From assembly GCA_045538995.1 (NCBI GenBank), contig JAZQEK010000097.1, forward strand, positions 48,482-112,481: a DNA stretch of 64,000 nt, in the 5' to 3' direction. The stretch comes from Acetatifactor sp. GTDB lineage: Bacteria > Bacillota > Clostridia > Lachnospirales > Lachnospiraceae. The notes under the pieces are model-generated. The model saw only the letters and a list, made by a program, of their open reading frames with translations. It searched no databases and was not told where the DNA came from. Within the stretch, counting starts at the first letter, position 1. Each line of letters begins with the position of its first letter. A program made the position numbers and the translations under genes. Shown in pieces: positions 8,368 through 16,976 of this stretch.

Positions 8368-9159
8368 ATGATTAAATTAAATGATAAGCCCATAAATTTG
8401 AACCATTTTCCGGATGGCACCTTGCTCATGAAGGAGCCGGTACCGGAAGTAGAGAAGGTAGTCATTACTTGGTTATTTGAGAATAATGAAGAGCTGGTAG
8501 CATTATATTTTCTGGTAAAGCATTTGCAGGCAAAGGGAATTACAAATATTGAACTGAAGCTTCCTTATATTCCCAATGCCCGTCAGGACAGAGTGAAGGC
8601 ACCGGAAGATGTGTTTACTCTAAAGTATTTTGCACAGATGATAAATGAGTTGAACTTTAGCAAGGTAACGGTGTTAGACCCGCACTCCTATGTGAGTGAG
8701 GCGTTAATTCATCACATCGATATTCAGACCCCGAAGAAATATGTAGAAAAGGTGCTTAACCAAATTGGTGCAGAAAACGTGATGTTATTCTTCCCGGATG
8801 AGGGGGCTATGAAGCGTTATTCCAGTATGTTTGAGCTCCCCTATGCTTTTGGCATGAAGAAGCGAGACTGGACCACGGGGCAGATACAGGGACTGGATGT
8901 GGCAGGCCAGACAGAGTACATCAAAGGAAGTACGGTGCTGATTGTAGACGATATTTGCAGCAAGGGTGGTACGTTCTACTACAGTGCCAAAGCTTTGAAG
9001 GAGCTGGGAGCAGAAAAAGTGTATTTGTATATTTCTCACTGTGAGAACAGTATTTTCGAGGGAGAATTGTTGGAGACTGATTGGATAGAGAAGATTTTCA
9101 CAATCAATAGTATTTTCGCAAAGGAACATGAAAAGGTGGAGGTGTTTGATTATGAATAG
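8368..9159 (+). CDS. prs: Ribose-phosphate pyrophosphokinase-like protein, short atypical form (Prs/Adps-like)
   Basis: FPDG, LPYIPNARQDR, DPHS, PDEGAMKRY, KKRD and VDDICSKGGT. Only 263 aa. Confidence 0.8.
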   Translation: MIKLNDKPINLNHFPDGTLLMKEPVPEVEKVVITWLFENNEELVALYFLVKHLQAKGITNIELKLPYIPNARQDRVKAPEDVFTLKYFAQMINELNFSKVTVLDPHSYVSEALIHHIDIQTPKKYVEKVLNQIGAENVMLFFPDEGAMKRYSSMFELPYAFGMKKRDWTTGQIQGLDVAGQTEYIKGSTVLIVDDICSKGGTFYYSAKALKELGAEKVYLYISHCENSIFEGELLETDWIEKIFTINSIFAKEHEKVEVFDYE

Positions 9160-10627
9160 AATAAATCCTATGTTGTTAATTGACTTTTATAAAGCAGTGC
9201 ATGCGGAAATGCTGCCCAAGGATATTACCAAGTCCGTGTCTTATTTCACTCCGCGTATGAGTCGTGTGGAGCGTTGGGATAAGGTGGTTATGTTTGGTTT
9301 GCAGGGCTTTATTAAGACTTATCTGATTGACTATTTTAATCAGGAGTTTTTCGGTAAGCCTTTTGAAGAAGTGATTGGGGAATACAAGCGTATCATGGAT
9401 GCAGCTTTGGGTGCAGAAGCATATAAAATAGAGAAAATTGAAAAGCTTCACAAGTTAGGCTATTTGCCCATCGAAATCATAGCTTTGCCGGAGGGAGCGC
9501 TGGTGCCTATGCATGTGCCCATGTTCGGTATTACCAATACCCATCCGGAGTTTGCATGGTTACCCCAGTCTTTGGAAAGTTTAATTTCTGCGGAAAGCTG
9601 GCATCCTATGATTGCAGCAACGGTGGGTTATACCTATCGTCAGATTGTAAACGAGTATTATGCAAAGACCTGCGACGATAATGTACCTCGTGCAAGAGCT
9701 TTGGGTGCGTTCGACTTCCGCGGTGAGGAATGTACGGAGTCTGCTATTAAAGCCGGTGCAGGCTGGTGTCTGTCTTTCTTAAATACAGCAACAGTACCCA
9801 CCATTCCCTATTTGGAGCAGATGTATGTCTGTGACTGTACCAAGGAGCCGGTAGCTTTCGGAAGTCCCAGTACAGAGCATAGTGTAATGTGCAGTAATTA
9901 TGCTATGGACGGCGATGAGGTAACCTTATTAAAGCGTCTTTTGACAGAGATTTATCCCAATACCAGCTTCAGTGCAGTGCTGGATTCTTATGATTATTGG
10001 AATGTGATTGACAATGTGCTTCCACAGATTAAAGAGGAAATCATGGCACACAACGGGTGCATGCTGATGCGTGGTGACTCCGGTGAATGTGTTGATGTGG
10101 TGACACAGACAGTGTTCAAGCTTTGGGAGCAGTTCGGCGGCACCGTAAACAGCAAGGGTTACAAGGTACTTGATCCGCATGTAAAAGCTATTTACGGAGA
10201 TTCTATTACCATCCAGAGATGCGAGGAAATTTACCGTATTCTGGAGGAGAATGGTTTTGCCTGCTCTAATGTGGCACTGGGCGTTGGTTCCTTCTCTATG
10301 CAGTGTATTGAGGAAGATGGTATCTTGAAGCCTTTCACCAGAGATACTTTCAGCTCTTGCATCAAGGCAACCTACTGTGAAATCGCAGATAAGCCTTACC
10401 CCATCTTCAAAAATCCCAAGGATGGCGGTTTCAAAAAGTCTCAAAAGGGTTGCTGTGTGGTAGTAAAGGACGCTACCGGAAGCTATACCTTCCAGGATGG
10501 CTTTACCTGGGAAGAGGCATGCGGAGATGAACTGAATGAATTAGTGCCCGTGTTTAAGGATGGTAAATTGCTGGTGGAGCAGAGCTTACAGCAGGTTCGT
10601 GCGCAGCTGCATGAAGGGAAATTTTAG
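9152..10627 (+). CDS. Nicotinate/nicotinamide phosphoribosyltransferase, NAMPT (NadV) fold
   Basis: DFYK, TPR, FDFRG, TEHSV, VLDSYD, RGDSG, YGDSI, TRD and KSQKG match NAMPT-family motifs. ATG 9152 overlaps the prs stop. Confidence 0.85.
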   Translation: MNRINPMLLIDFYKAVHAEMLPKDITKSVSYFTPRMSRVERWDKVVMFGLQGFIKTYLIDYFNQEFFGKPFEEVIGEYKRIMDAALGAEAYKIEKIEKLHKLGYLPIEIIALPEGALVPMHVPMFGITNTHPEFAWLPQSLESLISAESWHPMIAATVGYTYRQIVNEYYAKTCDDNVPRARALGAFDFRGEECTESAIKAGAGWCLSFLNTATVPTIPYLEQMYVCDCTKEPVAFGSPSTEHSVMCSNYAMDGDEVTLLKRLLTEIYPNTSFSAVLDSYDYWNVIDNVLPQIKEEIMAHNGCMLMRGDSGECVDVVTQTVFKLWEQFGGTVNSKGYKVLDPHVKAIYGDSITIQRCEEIYRILEENGFACSNVALGVGSFSMQCIEEDGILKPFTRDTFSSCIKATYCEIADKPYPIFKNPKDGGFKKSQKGCCVVVKDATGSYTFQDGFTWEEACGDELNELVPVFKDGKLLVEQSLQQVRAQLHEGKF

Positions 10628-10668
10628 GGTTAGAATAGGTAGAATAAGATAGAAAAGAGGAAAACGCT

Positions 10669-11397
10669 ATGTATGAATTTAACGTAAAAGAAACCACTGC
10701 GAAATGTATACAGTGGATTAGAGATTGGTTTGAAGTAAACGGAGTGGGTTGTAACGCTATCGTGGGTATTTCCGGTGGTAAGGACAGTTCTGTGGTGGCT
10801 GCACTTTGCGTAGAAGCTTTGGGCAAGGATAGGGTTATCGGTGTGCTCATGCCTTGTGGAGAGCAGGCAGATATTGATATGTCTCAGAAATTGGTAAAGC
10901 ACCTAGGCATCAAAAGCTATGAAGTGAATATTGAAAACGCTGTGAATGGATTGCTGGGAGAATTAAAGGATTTCGAAATTTCTAAGCAGACCCGCATCAA
11001 TCTGCCTCCTCGTATTCGTATGGCTACCCTCTATGCGGTGGGTCAGAGCATGAATGGGCGTGTGGCAAATACCTGTAATCTGTCCGAGGACTGGGTAGGT
11101 TATTCTACCAGATATGGTGACAGTGTAGGGGATTTCAGCCCCTTGTCACGATTGACGGTAACGGAGGTAAAGGCCATTGGTAGAGAACTGAATCTGCCGG
11201 ATGATTTAGTAGATAAGGTGCCGAGCGATGGTCTCACCGGAAAGACGGATGAGGATAATCTGGGATTCACTTACGAGATGCTGGACAAATATATCCGTGA
11301 AGGTGTCTGTGAAGATGAAGAGAAGCGGGCTCTGATTGACGACAAGCACAGAAAGAACTTGTTCAAGCTGGAGCTGATGCCTTGCTTTGAGCCGTAA
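10669..11397 (+). CDS. nadE: NH3-dependent NAD+ synthetase
   Basis: GISGGKDSS PP-loop, NLPPRIRMATLY, NTCNLSE, GYSTRYGD and PSDGL...DEDNLG. No glutaminase domain. Confidence 0.9.
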   Translation: MYEFNVKETTAKCIQWIRDWFEVNGVGCNAIVGISGGKDSSVVAALCVEALGKDRVIGVLMPCGEQADIDMSQKLVKHLGIKSYEVNIENAVNGLLGELKDFEISKQTRINLPPRIRMATLYAVGQSMNGRVANTCNLSEDWVGYSTRYGDSVGDFSPLSRLTVTEVKAIGRELNLPDDLVDKVPSDGLTGKTDEDNLGFTYEMLDKYIREGVCEDEEKRALIDDKHRKNLFKLELMPCFEP

Positions 11398-11427
11398 ATG
11401 ACGTAAAAATCAACAGGTGAGGTAAGT

Positions 11428-12333
11428 ATGAACTTATATAAGATAAGTGTCGAAGAACAGAACTATCTGGCACAGTATGATATTACAAAATTTGAGCGTC
11501 CTTCCCTAGCGACGGATATGGCTATTTTCTCTATTATGGAGGAGGGGGAGCATGAGAATTATCGTAAGCTCCCCAAGAAAGCCTTGAAGCTGTTGTTAAT
11601 CAAGCGTGCCACCTATCCTTTTAAGGATTTGTGGGCACTGCCGGGTGGATTTTGCAGACCGGATGAGGATGTATATGAAACTGCCAAGCGGGAGTTGTAT
11701 GAAGAAACCCATGTGAATGCTGCTTATTTGCAGCTGGCAGGTACTTTTGGAGAAATCGGCAGAGATCCCAGAGGGTGGATTATCTCCAATACCTTTTTGT
11801 CGCTGGTAAATGGAGAGGATTGTAAGCCCAGAGGGGGAACCGATGCCTGGGAGGCTAAGTGGTTTTCTATAGATTTAGTGATTCGCGATAGCCGGAAGAA
11901 TTTGCAGGCAGAATCGGTAGAAATAGTAACAGAATATGAGTTGAAGCTTTGCCATGAGGAAACGGGTGAGTTTTTGTTCGCTATTGTGAAGGAATATAAG
12001 CAGTTCGAGCATTATCATGAGACAGTACGTTATGAAATCTTGGATAGCAAAGGGCTTGCTTTTGACCATGCAAAGATTATTCTGCATACCCTGCTGTTTT
12101 TGCGTAAGAGTGTGGAAAGTGATTGGAAGTTGGCATTTGACCTGATGCCGGATTTGTTTACGCTGACACAGCTGCAGAATGCATTTGAATTAATACTGGA
12201 TCAGAAGCTGTTAACAGCCAATTTCCGCAGAAAAATCAATGATTATGTTATTGAGACAGAGCAAAGTATCGAAGGGTCCGGACATCGCCCGGCGAAGCTG
12301 TTTAAGAGAAATATTGAGGAATTTTATAGGTAA
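11428..12333 (+). CDS. nrtR: NrtR family Nudix-related transcriptional regulator
   Basis: N-terminal Nudix domain (WALPGGF...E...RELYEET, RDPRGW, LAFDHAKI) plus C-terminal winged helix (FTLTQLQ...NFRRKI...GHRPAKLF). Confidence 0.85.
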   Translation: MNLYKISVEEQNYLAQYDITKFERPSLATDMAIFSIMEEGEHENYRKLPKKALKLLLIKRATYPFKDLWALPGGFCRPDEDVYETAKRELYEETHVNAAYLQLAGTFGEIGRDPRGWIISNTFLSLVNGEDCKPRGGTDAWEAKWFSIDLVIRDSRKNLQAESVEIVTEYELKLCHEETGEFLFAIVKEYKQFEHYHETVRYEILDSKGLAFDHAKIILHTLLFLRKSVESDWKLAFDLMPDLFTLTQLQNAFELILDQKLLTANFRRKINDYVIETEQSIEGSGHRPAKLFKRNIEEFYR

Positions 12334-12893
12334 TGAAAGCAGAGAAGAAAGAAATAAGGGCAGTATATACAGCTGACACCATAAGAGTGTATCAGGCATA
12401 CTGCAAAGAAATTGCGGAAGAGGCAGTGCAAAAAGGAACTTTTGGAAGTCGTTTTAAGATGGAAAGAATGACCTGGATTAAGCCATCCTTTCTGTGGATG
12501 ATGTACCGCTGCGGCTGGGGAACGAAGGAAGGACAGGAGCGTATACTGGCTATCGATATGAAGCGAGAGGCTTTTGATTATATTGTTCAAAATGCAGTGG
12601 TATCCTCCTATAAGGAGGAGTTGGGTATCACTCATGCACAGTGGCAGGAGCAGGTAAAAAGCTCTGATATCCGATGCCAATGGGACCCTGAGCGGGATAT
12701 TCACGGAAATCCTTTGGAATACCGTTCCCTGCAACTGGGATTACGCGGAAAGGCAGTGTACTCGTATGTAAATGAGTGGATTGTACATATCGAGGATATT
12801 ACAGACTATGTGACGGATTTGCGTGAGAAGAAAAGTGAGGGCGTGGATATTCTGGATTTGCTGCCTGAAGAGCGAGTGTATGAGGTGAAATAG
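12333..12893 (+). CDS. DUF4291 family protein
   Basis: IRAVY...IRVYQAY, RMTWIKPSFLWMMYRCGWG, QWDPERD and RSLQLGL. TAATG overlap with nrtR. Confidence 0.8.
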   Translation: MKAEKKEIRAVYTADTIRVYQAYCKEIAEEAVQKGTFGSRFKMERMTWIKPSFLWMMYRCGWGTKEGQERILAIDMKREAFDYIVQNAVVSSYKEELGITHAQWQEQVKSSDIRCQWDPERDIHGNPLEYRSLQLGLRGKAVYSYVNEWIVHIEDITDYVTDLREKKSEGVDILDLLPEERVYEVK

Positions 12894-12906
12894 AATGGAT
12901 TATGCG

Positions 12907-12937
12907 AAGAGGGATGCTGTGAAAATGCATCCCTCTT
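12907..12937. terminator. Bidirectional intrinsic terminator
   Basis: aagagggatgc-tgtgaaaat-gcatccctctt between convergent genes. Confidence 0.75.
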
Positions 12938-13823
12938 ATTTTTTAGTTCTTCTGCAATAAAGAGAGGATTTTATCTTTACCAGCTCACCAATCATAGCAC
13001 CACCAATGATGAACGCTGCACCAATTATTTGAACTGCTGTCATTTTCTCATTAAGCAAAATTGATGCGAAAACTACTGCCGATAATGGTTCCAGATAACC
13101 ACACACAGCTACAGTCTGTACAGGTAATTTGGCAAGTGGTGAAAAGTACAAATAGCATCCTATACCTGTATTTACAATACCCAGCATTAAAATCCAACCC
13201 CAAGAATCAGAAGGTATCCTCATAACAAATCCTTGCTTACAACATACAAATACTGCTACTGTCAAGAAACTTACTATAAGCTGTATTACAGCATTTTCCA
13301 TTCCTGTAATATTCTTCGATTGCTTATTTAATGTTACCATGAAGAAATACATAACTGCTGACATAACACCACAAATAATCCCCCATGTATTGCTATTATC
13401 ACCGACTACATTACCATTAACAAGTACTATTCCGGTTAACACCATCATAAATCCTATCATCTTCGGTACAGTAAGCTTTTCTTTGAAAATCAAAGGCGAT
13501 AATATCATAACAATTACCGGTCCGCAATAATATAACAGGGATGCCAAACTCACACCTATTTGTTGATAAGCCTCATACAAAAACATCCAACTCGTTCCCA
13601 TTGCTATTCCCGATAATACAATAAACATAACATCTTTCTTTTGTGTAGTAATATGAAATTTGCCTTTACCTAATAAAAACAAAAGCATTAAAAGTGCACT
13701 TCCGATAAGTGTTCTTAAAAACACAATCTCATAACTACTAAGTGCAATATGACTTGCAACAATGCCATTAAGTCCAAACAGAAATAGTGCAGACAGATAT
13801 TTTATAAATGCTTTCTGATCCAT
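12936..13823 (-). CDS. EamA/DMT family transporter
   Basis: About ten hydrophobic segments, with YEAYQQIGVSLASLLYYCGP and YLEPLSA EamA-type motifs. GAGG RBS precedes 13823. Confidence 0.85.
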   Translation of the reverse strand: MDQKAFIKYLSALFLFGLNGIVASHIALSSYEIVFLRTLIGSALLMLLFLLGKGKFHITTQKKDVMFIVLSGIAMGTSWMFLYEAYQQIGVSLASLLYYCGPVIVMILSPLIFKEKLTVPKMIGFMMVLTGIVLVNGNVVGDNSNTWGIICGVMSAVMYFFMVTLNKQSKNITGMENAVIQLIVSFLTVAVFVCCKQGFVMRIPSDSWGWILMLGIVNTGIGCYLYFSPLAKLPVQTVAVCGYLEPLSAVVFASILLNEKMTAVQIIGAAFIIGGAMIGELVKIKSSLYCRRTKK

Positions 13824-13927
13824 AATAACCTCTTGATTTTTGATATTGAGAAGTATATCATAATACTTATCATAACAAAATTGAATATTTGTCATGATTA
13901 AAATTACATTTTGGAATGGGTATTATC

Positions 13928-14794
13928 ATGGACATGAATTTACAAAAATATCTCTCTTTTGTGAAAACGGTCGAATACGGAAGTTTCACAAAAGCAGCAG
14001 AAATTCTTAACTATACACAATCCGGTGTCAGCCGAATGATTGCAGACCTTGAAAAAGAATGGAATATCACACTTCTTGAGCGAAGCAAATACGGCATTAA
14101 ACCCACAAGCGATGGTATGAAGCTATTGCCATATGCTCAAAACCTCTGTGCTGAATTTGATAAGCTCAAAATGCAAATAGACGAAATCAACGGACTCGCC
14201 TCCGGTTTAATTCGCATTGGTACGTTTTCCAGTGTTGCTACACATTGGCTTCCCAATATCATTAAAGAATTTCAAAAAGCTTATCCTAATATTGACTATG
14301 AACTTTTGTTAGGTGATTATACTGAAATCGAGGAGTGGATTCATACAGGCAGAGTTGATTGCGGATTTTTAAGATTACCAACGCACCAAGAATTTGAAAC
14401 CATTTATTTACATCAAGATAAGCTTATGGCTATCATCCCCGAAAATCATTCTTTAAGAGATGTTGATAAATTTCCGGTTTCTGCACTCTGTAATGAACCA
14501 TTTATGCTACTCGAAAAAGGAGCTAAAGCGGAAATATCTGAAATATTTGAACGAAACAATCTAACACCAAATGTGAAATTTACTACATGGGATGATTACG
14601 CTGTTATGTCAATGGTTGAAAGCGGTTTGGGAATCGCTATATTACCGGAACTAATCTTAAAGCGTGTCCCCTATAAAATCCTCTCAAAAGAATTAAATGT
14701 TCCTGCATATCGTGATATAGGTCTTGCACTGCGAAGCAAGAAAAATGCTTCTCTCGCAGTCAAAAAGTTTTTGGACTATCTGAAATATCGCTAG
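13928..14794 (+). CDS. LysR family transcriptional regulator
   Basis: GSFTKAAEILNYTQSGVSRMIADLE helix-turn-helix and a LysR substrate domain, divergent from EamA. Start could be 13916, 13928 or 13934. Confidence 0.9.
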   Translation: MDMNLQKYLSFVKTVEYGSFTKAAEILNYTQSGVSRMIADLEKEWNITLLERSKYGIKPTSDGMKLLPYAQNLCAEFDKLKMQIDEINGLASGLIRIGTFSSVATHWLPNIIKEFQKAYPNIDYELLLGDYTEIEEWIHTGRVDCGFLRLPTHQEFETIYLHQDKLMAIIPENHSLRDVDKFPVSALCNEPFMLLEKGAKAEISEIFERNNLTPNVKFTTWDDYAVMSMVESGLGIAILPELILKRVPYKILSKELNVPAYRDIGLALRSKKNASLAVKKFLDYLKYR

Positions 14795-14805
14795 TTTTTC
14801 AACAA

Positions 14806-14838
14806 AAAAGCTCTACAGCATTCACGCTGTAGAGTTTT
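14806..14838. terminator. Bidirectional intrinsic terminator
   Basis: aaaagctctacagc-attcac-gctgtagagtttt. Confidence 0.75.
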
Positions 14839-14898
14839 ATAATATGCATAAAATTCAAAGCTTTTGTTGCCCTCAGTTTATCTACAATAGTATGTCAT

Positions 14899-16218
14899 TT
14901 ACATCAATGTCCGAATACACTCCTCCAAGCACTCAAAATAATTCTCAAAGGTTTTCCTACAGCATCCCGGATTGTCGATTTCAATACCATCCGCTCTTAA
15001 ACCAATCAGCGAGAAGCCCATGGCCATGCGGTGGTCATCGTATGTGTCTACCAAAGTAGGTTTCGGCGTGCCTGGGTAAATGGTGATAGTAGTGTCAGTT
15101 TCTTCGCAGCGGATGCCCATTTTGCCCAGTTCTGTGATGATGGCATTCATGCGGTTGCATTCCTGATAACGGATATGTCCGATGCCGCGAATGGTGGTAG
15201 GTGTATCCGCAAAGGGTGCCAATGCTGCCAGAGTGATGGCCTGGTCAGAGCAGGCAGACATATCTGCGTCTACACCGTGATATTTGCCTTCTGCCGGAGG
15301 CAGGAGTACCACACCGTCTGCTTCTTCCTTCAAAACAGCCCCCATTTGTTCTAAAATTTTCAAAAACTGTACATCTCCCTGCATGGAGTCAAAGGTAATG
15401 TGCTGTACCTTTACCGGTACACCTAATATCATACCCAGTGCATAGAAATATGCGGCACCGGAGGCATCCGGTTCAATTTGATAATCCAGTGCATTATAGT
15501 GTTGTCCTGATGGGATTATGTAAACCATTCCATTTTCAGAAACATTGGCTTTTACGCCGAATTGCTCCATCATTTTGCGAGTAATCTCGATGTAAGCCAT
15601 GCCATGGCTACCCTCTACCTGAATGTGCATGTCTTCCGGAGACAGGCAGGAAGCGATAAGCAAAGCACTTAAAAACTGGCTGCTGTGTTCGATATCTACG
15701 GAAATGTGGTTGGTACCGAAGCCGTGGCTCTTGAGGGTAAAAGGGAAATATCCCTCTACTCCTTCAAATTCTATTTCACATCCCAATTCCTGTAAGGAGG
15801 CAAGCAGGGGTGCCATAGGACGCTTACGCATTTGCTCAGAGGCATCCATATGGTAGGTGCCATTGGAAATGCCCAAATATGCCGCTAAGAAACGGGCAGC
15901 AGTTCCGGCACTTCCTACATACTGGGAGGCTTCCTTTTTGGGAACTGCGCCACCCAGACCGGAGACCTTTACCAGCTTGGCTGCTTCATCCACTTCTGTT
16001 TCAAAGCCCAAATCCTGTACACATTTCAGGAAGTGGCGGGAATCGTCGCTGAACAATACGCCTCGCAGTGTGGAGGTACCGTCTGCCAATGTGGCCAGCA
16101 GTAGAGCTCGATTGGTCAGGCTTTTGGAGCCGGGGACGGTTACTACCAGGGGATTAGTTGGAGTATTTTCACAGATTTTTGCATAAATATTCGATACTTT
16201 ATAGGTATTATTTTTCAT
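14899..16218 (-). CDS. aroA: 3-phosphoshikimate 1-carboxyvinyltransferase (EPSP synthase)
   Basis: PGSKSLTNR, GSAGTAARF, RPM, SSQFLSALL, IRYQECNR and DDHRMAM. Confidence 0.92.
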   Translation of the reverse strand: MKNNTYKVSNIYAKICENTPTNPLVVTVPGSKSLTNRALLLATLADGTSTLRGVLFSDDSRHFLKCVQDLGFETEVDEAAKLVKVSGLGGAVPKKEASQYVGSAGTAARFLAAYLGISNGTYHMDASEQMRKRPMAPLLASLQELGCEIEFEGVEGYFPFTLKSHGFGTNHISVDIEHSSQFLSALLIASCLSPEDMHIQVEGSHGMAYIEITRKMMEQFGVKANVSENGMVYIIPSGQHYNALDYQIEPDASGAAYFYALGMILGVPVKVQHITFDSMQGDVQFLKILEQMGAVLKEEADGVVLLPPAEGKYHGVDADMSACSDQAITLAALAPFADTPTTIRGIGHIRYQECNRMNAIITELGKMGIRCEETDTTITIYPGTPKPTLVDTYDDHRMAMGFSLIGLRADGIEIDNPGCCRKTFENYFECLEECIRTLM

Positions 16219-16346
16219 ACTTTTTCCTCTTCATATAACATGTGATTAAAGTATACTCAATTCTGAAACAAATGTCAAAAAAAAGAAGATTAAGGTAACT
16301 TAGAATAAGTAAAAATATCTTTTTCGAAGAGTGAGTACGTTTTATT

Positions 16347-16756
16347 TAATCTTAATATTTTTTTGTTTAGTCGGATTTAGTATATTTCATATTCAAAAGA
16401 GTGCGATAACACCCAATTTCCCTAGCATTTTTTCTGTTTGGTTGGGATATTTAAGCAAGCTGACACCAACTATTCTAGCTTTTTCCTCGTCTAGTTGGTA
16501 TTTCCTAACCGTCTCGTACCAACTGTTCTAGTTTTTTCCTTCGTTAGTTGGCATTTCCAAACAGCTGCATACCAACTGTTCCAGCTATTTCGTTATCTGG
16601 TTGGTATTTTCTAACAGTCAAATACCAACTAGTCTGGCTTTTTCATTGTCTGGTTGGTATTTCCCTGCAATCTCATACCAATTTTTCTTACATTTCCCAT
16701 ACCTGGTTGGTATTCCGCACTTTTTCAGTAAATAACACTTCCCAAACTCCCAATTT
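16347..16756 (+). repeat. Palindromic tandem array A (six 53-bp units, ACCAAC...GTTGGT type)
   Basis: Unit starts at 16412, 16465, 16518, 16571, 16624 and 16677. Inverted half-sites lie 28 bp later in every unit. One TAGTCGG at 16368. Confidence 0.85.
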
Positions 16757-16976
16757 GTTTCATATTACAAATTACATACATTGTGGCAATACAATTTCAA
16801 TAGGGAATAAACTTAGGTTTTAAATAAAAATAGGAATATAGAAAAGCAATTGTAAAAAATAGCAAGAAATGATTAGCATTTGACAAGAGTTAGAGAGTAA
16901 AGAAAGAGTTTTTACTTTAAAATATTTTTAGAATAGCAATAACTATAAGCGAAGGCGGATGGAGGATATTATAACA

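Noticed and set aside
7838-12893. Prophage origin of the NARP1-like genes
   Set aside because: There are no integrase, structural or replication genes, and the operon has a host-type promoter and regulator.
16347-16756. CRISPR array interpretation of array A (and B at 33301-33712)
   Set aside because: There is no constant repeat of about 25-40 bp, the conserved cores are only about 7 bp and alternate in orientation, and no cas genes are in the window.
16331-16823. Short ORFs over array A (and 33737-33949 near array B)
   Set aside because: They lack RBSs and appear to be by-products of repeat composition.
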